DNA of 64,000 nt from Psammoneis japonica (Eukaryota): contig QPGO01000185.1 of assembly GCA_008632985.1 (NCBI GenBank), positions 62,001 to 126,000 on the forward strand, given 5' to 3'. The position numbers and the translations under genes are program-made. Of the stretch, positions 37,701 to 48,379 are shown in pieces. The first letter of the stretch is position 1; every line of letters begins with the position of its first letter. Under the pieces are notes generated by a model. The model worked only from the letters and a program-made list of their open reading frames with translations. It was not told the origin of the DNA and did not search any database.

Positions 37701-40700
37701 CAAGTGGCTCAGACATTTTCCTTTGAAAGGGCAGCTGCCTAGAACCATGCTGTCCTTTGGGATCTTCAAAGATGCATGCTTTGTGATGCCTTGGCCAACC
37801 TGTGAATGGACAGAGAACTTGATCATGGAGTTTGGACAAGTCAGGTGGGACTTTGGCAAACTTCCAACAAACATCTCTTTTGTTCTCACAAAGCTGAATT
37901 TTCAGCACAAAAGACAGACCAAGTGCTGCTTGCATGGTGCTGTCACTGTTGGGGTCCTCCTTTGCTCTGCTTTTCTCCAAGAAAGATGAATGAATTGTTT
38001 TGGTCAGCTTCTTAGCTCTGCTTTCATTGACGCAGATGTGTCATGCCACTTGCTGTCCCAACACATGGGCACTGAAGCAAGCAGATCATGGTTGTCTGCA
38101 AAGTCTACAATGCCCCATTTTGCAACAGCGCTTTTCTCAAATTCACCAGTGTTTGAAACAAAAGACATTGGAACCTTCTTCCAGCATGACCAGTGAGTGC
38201 ATCAAGAGAAAAAAGGCCCACTTTCAGGGCAAGCATGACTCTTCTGCAAGTTCTGGGAGGCACTTCTTTCCCTGTTGTCACTGTGCACTGTGCAAGAAAT
38301 CTCAGCATCAGCAGCATGGGGGTTTGCCCAAAGTGTCAGCAAGCATTCTTGAACCCAGAGTGTCAGCAAGCACTCTTGAAGTCACTCCCAAGCAAGTTTG
38401 ACAGTGGGAAAACCTGCACACATCCCAAAGACACATCCAGTTGCCAAGGCCACATGCCCATGCCATTGCTGCACAAGTCTTGGGATCCCTCCCACCATTT
38501 TTCTTGGAGTTGGCTGGGAAATGTGCCTGCCTTCCTTTGTCTGTTCAAGTTGATGAAAATGACAACTTTGTTTCAGCAATGATGCCAAATGCCAACAGGA
38601 CAGGTTCCCATTGGAGAGCAAACATCATGATGCGACCAGTGCTGGCATCAAAACTTGGAATTTTGTGAAGCCACAGAGCAGCTGAAAAATCAAGGACCCA
38701 GAGGTGTGTTCTGGCAAGCATTGTTGGGAAAAAAAAAGAGCATGGTGTTGGTCATGATGACTTGTTGTGCAACAGCTTTGCCAGTCATGCTTTTGCCATT
38801 GTGTGGCTTTTTGAAAAAGTTGAAAAAACACAGCAACACAAGAAAGATTGCAAAACCTCCCATGCCCCAAGAAAAGCCACACACAGTTGTGGTGATTGCC
38901 TGCTTGCAGTTTTCTGTGCACTTCTTTTTCACAGGGCATGGAGTTGTCACAATTTTTCCCCCTGCCCCAGCTCACAGTTGTCTGACAATGCATGCGCCTG
39001 TTGCTTGCTCTTTTCACCATGGCACTCTCATTGTCATCACCATGGTGGTTGCCACTGGTCTGAACTTGGGCACGTTTGTCAAGAAGCAAGCTTGCTGGCT
39101 GCATCTCCAAAAAAATGCTCTGAGAGGATCATTTGCTGAGGGAGCCATTGTTGTCAAACAACAGTGTGGACATTGGCGCACCAGCATCTGAGACTTTTTT
39201 TGGCAGGGTCACACTTTGCTCATTGCAGCTCTGCCACAGGTGGTGTCAACTGTTTGCAACATGAGAAGGAGAAGCCATTTTGCATCATTTGAAGTTTGTC
39301 CTTTTGCAGCACATCTTTCACATTTGACATTTTCCAATGTGACAACAAGCTTGAAGGATTGCTTCTGGTTGAGAGGAGCAACTTGCTCATGGCACTTTAC
39401 AACTTCAGGCAGGAGCAGGTGGCAGGTGACAGCATCTCATCAGATTGAAGTGCTGCAGCTCTGGGCACAAGTTGTCATGCCAGTTGTCACCAGCATTGTG
39501 TGCATGCTGGTTGGCTCCATCCTAATGTCCCCTTTTTCCCAAGTCTGCAGAGACAGGAAGTTGCCACACAGCAAGACCATTCAAAAGGACAAGAGCTCTG
39601 CACATGCTGCAAGTCTGGTTTTTTAAGTTGCCACTCTGCAAGACCATTTGAAAGGACAACAGTTCTGCACATGATGCCACATGTCTGGTTGGTGCATCAA
39701 TCTGATGCTGAGCATGGGTGTGCAGAGTGGTGGCCAAACTGCAGCTGTCATCTCGTGTGTCTTTTCATTGCCAACTTCTTGAATGACAAACCATCAGAGA
39801 GCAGTGAAGATTGGCTGGCCACGCCACTTTTGAACACACATTCAGCCACAAGCAGACAAGAAAGGGTGTTGTCAACAACAACAGGGTGGCTGTTGGATCT
39901 TGAGTGAGCACCCCACAACACCCAGCAGGAGCACCTGTCCTTTGGCCCATTGACAGAGTTCCAGTGCAACAAAACTTGAACACAAATGAGACAATTTGAT
40001 TTCCCACACCACACCAAGCAGCACACATTGTTTTTTGCCTTCTGAAACAATGCCTTTGCAGCACACTTCCAATTTAGCAAACCAAATGATTGGCTCCAAA
40101 GAGTGACATGAAAGTCAAACAAGGCAAGAGATTGGCAATGATGAAATCTTGCTTGTGAAGTTGCCAAATGAGCCAGCCATGCCAGAAGCCACAGCATGTT
40201 GTCTTCAACACATCCACAGGTTCTTTGCATTTTCCTGCTCTGGTGTTCCATCACACTCCTGCCACTTGCATTGATGTTCTGCCAGCAAGACAGGTCCAGC
40301 TGATTTTGAAAGGAAAAAGATCCCTCTGGTGCAGTGACCCAATTGGTGTCACACTCACCTCTTGCCCCACAGCTGACACCCTGCAACTCAGACACATGCA
40401 AGCTGACACACTGCCCATTGTCAGAACAATCAGCCATGTGCCATCAAACAAGTGTGACATGTCTTGTGCACACTCCACAAAATCCTCCACATGAGTGCAA
40501 CAAAATCTCTCTTTTGTGACTTCACTGTTTGAACCATCAATCAGGTCCACAATCCAACCATTGACCATCTCAGGAGTCAAATCTAAGAACTCCATTCCAC
40601 TGTGGAAACACCCATGCATGGGGTTCACATGGTCAATGTGATGGTGTTGGAAGAGCAACATCAACTTCCCAGCATCACAAATGGTGCCACATGCCCCACA

Positions 40701-41559
40701 TTTGTCCACACAAGGTGGGAAAACTGACACTCAACATCTTGCATGGGTTGCAGATGTTGTTCTTGTCTGGGGCTGGCTGCAACTGATTGCCCATTGATCT
40801 GGTGGTGCACTCATTTCTCATGTGCTCCTCACCATCATCATTGTGTTGGTGTCCGCAACAAGAACACAGTTCGCCTTGCCTCCCAGCTCAACCTCCCATG
40901 ACTTGCCAATGTTCTTTGTGGTCTTGTGTGCTTTGCAAGCATGTTGTTTAATCTCAGATGCTCTCCTTGGATCATTGTGGATGGAGAATGTCAGTGTGGC
41001 AGTGGACACACATGTGTGCACTTCAAGACTTCACACTGGTGCCCATTCATCCACATGGGTCCCACACCACAAAACCAGAGCATCATCTGGTTTCCCTCCA
41101 ATGGCCAATGGGGAGGTGTGTCCACAGAATCTCTCTTCATTTCATCAATGATGTCTCCCACATGAGACAGGTCTGTGACATCACGGCAGAGACATGGGTT
41201 GAAAGTAACCACATCTTGCTGCTTCTGACCCATTTGATTTGATTGATTCTTTCAATGCTCTGCCACAACAATCCTTGTCCACAGCCACTCATCTTTCATC
41301 TCCTGCCAAGTCTGCAAGTTTGTGAAACTTGCTCCAGCAGTTCCATGGCCATCACTGCCCCCCCACATTGTGCAGCACAGCAAACTCATTCTTGTCAAGT
41401 GCATTCATGGCAGATGTTGCTCTGAAGAACAAAATTGTGGCTGGTTGAACAGCATGGTTCATGACCCTTTCTGGGTTGCAGGGATCTTTCATCCATGTGA
41501 ATCAGAACTCTCGTCTGATGTGACAAACAGGAAACACTCTTGTTGCACTTAAAGTGGAC

Positions 41560-44500
41560 AGCCCACAATGGCTCATTTGAACTTTTGAAACTTCTTGCCC
41601 TGCAATGGTTTCTTGTTGGTCAGGAAGTCTCCAACAAGCACACCATTGGTTGGACAATGCTGTGCTCTGAAGTTGCCCTTCTCAACCTGATCAGTGGCAA
41701 AGAAACACCAAATGTTGAGTGCTCTGGACAGCTTTCCAGCACTCCTGCACCCATCAGTTTCCAATGGCACAGCAATTTCATTGTCCTGATGCAGGACATT
41801 CTTGTTCAATGGGATGCCCCTGATGCTCCATGAACAACTTTTTACACTGCGTCGCTGTCCCTGCATCATTGAATCCCACAAGTTCAGCCTCTGTGCTGCT
41901 TCCAGTGTTGAGCTTCTGGCATGTTGACAGAGCCTGCACTGCTCCATTGCCCACTGTCACAACCCCTTCTGTGTGGCTCTTAAAGTCTGTGGGTGAAATT
42001 GTTTGGTGTCTGGTTTTAACCTTGAGACAATGGACTGGCTTTCCCCAGTCCCCACTGGTGGGATCACTGACTCATGTGCACAATGCAGTGACAGTGGGGT
42101 GCACATGTGTGCAGCCTCTCTTGGACACAAACAGTGCCTTGGCCACCAACACATGGAATGTCTTCACTTTGGTTGTCAGTCGGCAATCTTGTGACACTGG
42201 CATCAAACAGGTTCTCTCCAGCTGGCATCATGGCAGCATCCATGCTCTTGATCTCTTCCAGGGATTGACAAATCATCCTGTGAAAGCAGCTGGCAATGTT
42301 GACCTTCACCCTGCCCTTGTGGTGGAGGTCCATGTGGTCACACCAAGGCAGCCATGCTTCTTCTCTTGCTCACCACAGCTCCCATGCATCTTGTTCTTTG
42401 GCCAGCTTGGAAATTTGTCATTTGTGCTTGGGTTCATGTGGCTGGAGATGGCATCATGGCAGCATCCATGCTGCTCTTGATGTCTTCTGGGAACTGACAA
42501 ATCATCCTGTGAATGCAGTTGGTCATGTCAACCTTCACCTTGCCCTTGTGGCAGAGGTCCAGGGTCACTCCAAGACAGCCATGCTTCTTCCCTTGTTCAC
42601 CATGGCTCCCATGCATCTTGTGGGCTGGCTTGGAAATTTGTCATTTGCTGCTTTTGGGTTCACGTGGCTGGCCAAGAACAGGTCACCCACATGGAATTGC
42701 ACACTGGTGTGTTGCTTCCCATTGATGGTTTGATTGCATGGATTGCATGGGTTGAACTCAAATACTTGATCTTCTCCAATTCTTTGCAAAATTGCACATG
42801 CTGCAGCAGAGCTGTGACCAACATGCCATGCACAGCTCCCAACAAGAGAACTCTTTTTCCCTTCTCTGTGACCAGATGTGGTCTGCACTGGTTGGGATCA
42901 ATGGTTGCAGGCATGTCAACCAACTCTCCTGCAATCTTCATCATGATCTGGTTTTTGCCTTTCTGAGGCTCCAGAGTCAGAATCTGCACAAGTGTGCTGG
43001 GCACATTGGCACTCATTGCATTGTGATCTTTCACATTGATGATGGCTGTCACTGGCATTCCTTCTGACAATGCTGTTGGGCTGGCTGACTCATCCTTGTC
43101 TGGCCATTCTCCAGTCAGCAACAATCTGCCCTTTGATGCAACTGTCTTGTTTCTCCATTGTGAACACCAAGGCAGCCATGGTCTTGTTGGTCCTCTCAGC
43201 CAAAGTCACATGTCCTTGACAAATGCTGGTGCAAAGCAGCACACTTGGTTGCGCACTTGTTTGACATCTTTTTTTGGGTGTTGCACCCCTTCTAGCCAAA
43301 TGCTTTTAAGCCTTCATGCAGCAAGTGTTGTTGGGCAAAGGAAAACCCCTTCCCTGGTTGGAGTTGGCCATTGATCTTGCACATGAATTGTGCCACTGCC
43401 ATTGCTGTTTCTGCATTGCCCTTGACATCATCCTCTGGATTGGGACTCATGTTCATTCAGAAATGGCAACAGCACTTGAGTCTGTTTTGCCATTGTTCTG
43501 CTGCTGCTTTGATGATGTCTGCCACTCCTGAGAACCAAACTTTCTTTTCTGTGTGCTTGTGTGATTTTGCATTTGAGGGTGCACCACTCCTTGTTTCTGC
43601 CAGGTGTGGCTGTTGCCTCTTCCTTCAACATTTCTCCTTCCTGTCTTCCATCTTCTTGAAATTCATTGTCATCTTCAAACTCTTTGTCATCTTTGTCTTC
43701 TGACTCTTTGTTGTCTTCATCTCCTTCATTGTTTTTTCTTTGACTTCTTGGTTCTTGTGCTGCTCACCAGTGCTGGATCTTTCATTGGCTGGGATCTTGT
43801 TTCTTGCTCCATGTTGTGTGACTCTGCTTTGTTGTCTTCTTAATCTTCACATTCTGACTCAGACACGTGGCCAGTGTTGTTGTTGTGCTTGTTTTTATTT
43901 TCATCTTTGTTTTCATTCTTTTTGGCATCACTTTCACTTTTGTCATTGTCCACTCCTGCAGCCCATTCAGCATCATGCAGATTGTCTCTGCATTTGCCCA
44001 TGAATTTGAGCTCTCCATGATGCCTTGTGATGTGGCCATTTTCTAGACAGCTCATGTGTGCGTGTCAGTCAAGGGTGTGGCAGTGCACTTGCAGGAACTC
44101 AAAAGCTTGCCTGTGTGCAAGTTCACAGTGCAGTGGCCACCACCCTTGGGCAAATCAAAACCTGGTTGCAGGCAGACACTGTCAATGCCATGCACATCCA
44201 TGTTGTTCACCAGGTTTTTCTCAACATGAGAGAATGCAAATTCCCCGAATGTGAACTCAAAGTGTTTGTTGCAATGAAGGTTTCTTCATTGCATGACAGT
44301 GTGTGGACTGCAAGAGTTGGAAATTCCCTCCTTCTGTGATTGCACATTCAGCATGACAGTGTTCTTGGTCACAGCATGCTTGTGTGTCAACTTTGGTGCC
44401 ATCTTGCATGGCAGACAGTGTGCAGTGGCTCAAGTTTGCTTCTTGATGGTCTGCATGCTCCTCTCAACTTTGGAGACATGATGGCCACTTGTGTTTGTGG

Positions 44501-46500
44501 ACATCAGCTCTAGACTCATGCCATCTGTGACTTCCACAGCATTGCTTTGAACTCAGTGGGATCACAATCAACAAAATTGATCTTGAACAAAGCTGTGCAG
44601 CACTGTCTGAGAATCATGTCCAGCACATCTTAAACATCAGCATGCTTTTTGGACTTCAGTCTCACACTTGATCAACATTTGACAGTCTTCTTGTCTGCTG
44701 CATGGAGCAGCTCAACACCACATGCTTCCATGATGTCAATGCAAAGGACTGTGCCTTCTCTCTGCTTCTCATGTGTCTTGGGTGGTGTGGCTGCAATGTC
44801 GCTCCTCTCATGGGAGAGATGTGCAGATTTGGCTTTGCTTTTTAATGTGTCCATTGGTGGGCCCCAAATGGCCACCATCCTGTCCACATCCTTGGGCATG
44901 ATGGACAAGTTTTTCACCCAGTTTGAATGTAAAATGGCTCAAAATCCCTCACATTGAGCATTCCAGCCTCATGTTGCAATCTGAGTGCTTGCTCAGCATT
45001 TGCCACCTCCCTCTTAGTGCAGCCTGTGCTGGAGTTCTGCTCCGCTGTTGGAGCCACAGTTCCAGATGCACACCATTGGGCTTCTTGTTCTTGTTCTTCT
45101 TTTGACAGCACATTTGCACACAACTTGCTTTCTTGGAGATCTTTTGCATGGTTGAAGAACTTCTTCTTGCTTGGTGCAAAAGCACATGGCCCAATGTCAC
45201 TCACTTTGAACATCGCAACTTGCGCGCCAGTTTTCTTGTCCAACAGTTGGAGCTTGTCTGCTGCGTTCTGCAATCTGAGCTTTGCACACCCTGTCCCCTG
45301 TCCAGGCATGGCACAGGCTTCATCTAAAGTGTCCATTCCTGAGTTTGTGGACAGATCAATCTTGATCTTTGTGGGTCGCACATTGCGCACTGGTCTCTGG
45401 CTTGCTGCCATGCTGAGGGCAGAACCATCCTCAAGGATGATTTCATCCAGTTTGATGCCTGCTGCATTGGCTTGGTTTGTGCTTGTCTCTGGTCTCTCAT
45501 TTGCCAGTTGCAACCCACGCAATGCAGTGCTCCTGCTTTGGACAGAATGGGTTGATCAGTTTGATCTAGCGCTGTCAACACTCATGTTGTCACTGTCTGC
45601 TGACAAATGGTCATTGCCTTGTGTCTGTGCATGACTTTGTCCCCTGATGTCCAGCTTCTTTCTGGTGTTCTTGAACCAATTTTCAAATGCAATGTCACTT
45701 CAATGCTTGCAGTCTGGGGACCTGTGGTTTTGCTCACCACAGCAGCGACAGTGTCATCTTGGCTGCCCTTCTGGGCATGGCTCTGGTCTCTTGGGTTGTT
45801 GGACTTTTCACTCTTGTGTTCTCATTGTTGCCATTCCTGTTCTTGTTGTTCATGCATTTGTTGGTCCTCTTGTTGTGTCATTTGTGAGGATTGTTGCTGT
45901 TTGGATGGTCAGATGGCACATCATCCATTGCCTTGTCTGGGGTCTTTGGACAGGCGTCCTTGCCCGGGCTGCAGTGTTCTCTTTGAACTGCTTGGTCTCA
46001 TGGTTGTTGTGGCACATTCATGCAACTCTGCTTTGTGCTGGCACCCCAGCTCCTTGTCTTTTTGCTGCTTCTCTGACAGGTTGACTTGGTGTGTCACACT
46101 GAAGCTGGCTGGCAGTGTTGTTGTCTTGAACATGTTTAAGTTGGGTCTCTTGGAAGCAAAATCCTTGCACATTTCATGTCTTCTAAAGATCTCACCAGGT
46201 GCACACCTTTTGTGCACTCTTTCTGCATGTGACAGATGACATTCTTCTTGACATCTTTGCACTTTGCATTGTGAGCATTGCCATTCAGTGACAAAGGATG
46301 GAGCTTCATCTCAGGCTGAAAGCTCTTCTCAAAGTCAGTTTTCTTTGCAGAGCAAAGAGATCTTGCAACTCTTGTCACCTCTGCCATCATGACCACAACC
46401 TCAGCCTTGATCTCATCCACTTGTTCCATGCTGCCTCCTCCACTGGCACCACTCATTGTGCTGGGTTCCTGCATTGGTCAACTGCATGAAAGTCAGTGTC
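41560..46500 (-). mobile_element. Degenerate Ty1/copia LTR retrotransposon (diatom CoDi-like), gag-PR-IN-RT-RNaseH order
   Basis: PR-like IILEDGS..TNSG (~45.4 kb). Pre-integrase/IN segment IWGP..TLKSK, VLCIDIM (~44.7-44.9 kb). RT motifs ASPT, MKIAGELVD, EFNPCNPC, QFHVGDL, KHGCLGVTLD (~42.5-43.1 kb). RNase H motifs SSTEAELVG, LHQDN, RALNIWCFF, DFLT.KPLQG (~41.6-41.9 kb). LTRs not confidently located. Confidence 0.9.
42223..42671 (+). repeat. Diverged ~226-bp tandem duplication inside copia RT
   Basis: Copies at 42223-42445 and 42449-42671 both start tggcatcatggcagcatccatg and end gtggctgg. Confidence 0.92.
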
Positions 46501-48379
46501 TGCAAGCACTGAACACAGTGCTGTTGACTCTTTGGAGTGAGTGTTGAGCCAGCAAGTCAACGTCACCAAAGGGGGTCCCACTGGGCCACCTGTGCCACTC
46601 AATGCACTTGCCTTGGTTGCTTGCAGCAGCTGTGGGTTGCTCAGAAGCTGTCAAACATGCTCAAAACTTGCAGTGCAACAGACACCCAGTGGTGCCAAAT
46701 GATGCCAAATCATGCAAACCAAATGATTCACTCCAAAGAGCAAGGCAAAACTAAAGGGTGAGAGGAAATTGGTGCCAATGAAATCTCACTTATCAAGAGT
46801 CACCAAATGAGCCATGTCAGGACCACAGTGTCTTTTTCTGTGCATCCAGGTTCTTTGCATGTCCCATGACCCAGATGTTCCAACAGCCTTGGGGTGTGGC
46901 TTGACCTTTGAAGGAGGAAATTGACTGAAAAGCCATTGACAGCCAACAAGAGGTGGCTTCCAATGGAGCACTTGTGGACCAGCCAGCCAGTGTCTTCATC
47001 CAGGATTGTGCCAACAACAGATGGCAGGAGGAACACAGTGATCAATTGGAGCTGGGCCTTGGCTGCCAACCCGGTGCAGGCTGGAAGTGTGCATTCTTCT
47101 CAGCATCTGAGAGGTGGGCTCAGTGTTCCTGCCACTGTCCCAGGCTGTGATGGGGCATCAACATCCAGAGTCTTGAAAAGGCTTTTTGGGTTTGCCAACA
47201 CTGGGCAAGCATGCACTGCCCCCCCCTCCCCATGGTGACAATCAGAGCAGCATGGAGGGGTGCTCTCTGTGACTGGTGGCTGGAGTCATGTGCCCCCCCC
47301 ACTGCTGCACAGCTGTGGAGCAAAGCCACAGCTGTGGAGCAAAGATTGGGGTCACCCATGCAGGGCCCAGCAAGCAAGAGACACCTGGAAACACTGTGTT
47401 TTGTTCTTGTTTCATTGACTGCAATGAATCCACAGAAAAGTCATCTTGCACAGAGTTGGGCACAGCGAGTTGAGTTGACAACACAACTTGAGTGTTGCCA
47501 CTTGATGGCCAACTCTGGAAAAACACTTTCCAGCTGTTTGCCAGCACTGGTCAACAGGCAGCTGTTCAAACAACAAACAGCGCAACTCTTGAGCTGTGAC
47601 ACATGATGCAGATTCGTTGCCACATCGTCAATCGTTGATGTCCACAATGTCTCGAGGTGATGACAGTTGACTTTTGGTGCATGAAATTGAAGCACTGAAC
47701 ATCTGCAGCAGCCCAGGCAGGGCGTGCCCTCTCTAACTCTCTGCTCTCTACTGCAGCTAGTCTAGAGAGCCCCGCTGCAGCCACCGGGTAGCAGAAGATG
47801 GCAGTGAGGACACTGGATGCACTCCTCCGCTTGTGCGCTTGGCCGAATTGTTGGCAAAGCATCATTCACGGTTCTCCAGTTCACTGTGCTCACATCTCGC
47901 AACTCGCAACTCGCAAGTGACATGGGCCATGGGAGCCCAATTTGCAATCAACACTTCTTTCTTCTTGTCCTCTGCTGGTGGTCATCCGCACAGATGCCAT
48001 GATGCCATGTGTGGCATCTCTGGCCTGCGGCAATCCTGGCATTGATTCTACGAGATGCCATGTGAGATGCCACATTTGTTTGTGACGCAGTCATGTAGAA
48101 CTTGCACCACTCCAACCGGTCCATGCCTGAAAGGTGAAAGTTGCGAGATGTGAGACACTGTTGTCATGGGTTGCAACTGTTGGAAGTGGTGCACAATGTG
48201 TGTCTGCAGCAGCTGGTCTTTTCTTGATGGTGTTGAGGATGCATGGCAACAGCTGACCCTGCGGGAGATGGAAGTGAATCTGGTGATGCCATGCAGCAAA
48301 CGCCAAGTCATGTTGTGGTCGCAATGAATCAGGCCAGCACCATGCAGCAAACACTGTCACACAGTCACACCACATGCTG

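Larger units (their letters stand above)
37080..47750. repeat. TpA/CpG-depleted hypermutated block 2 (nested decayed genes and TEs)
   Basis: Only about 30 TA dinucleotides by eye over ~9 kb (37.7-46.9 kb), few CG, large TG/CA excess. Contains MYND and copia relics. Confidence 0.9.

Noticed and set aside
46500..47750. 5' LTR and primer-binding site of the copia element
   Set aside because: I could not match this region to the sequence beyond the RNase H end. It is too decayed to call by eye.
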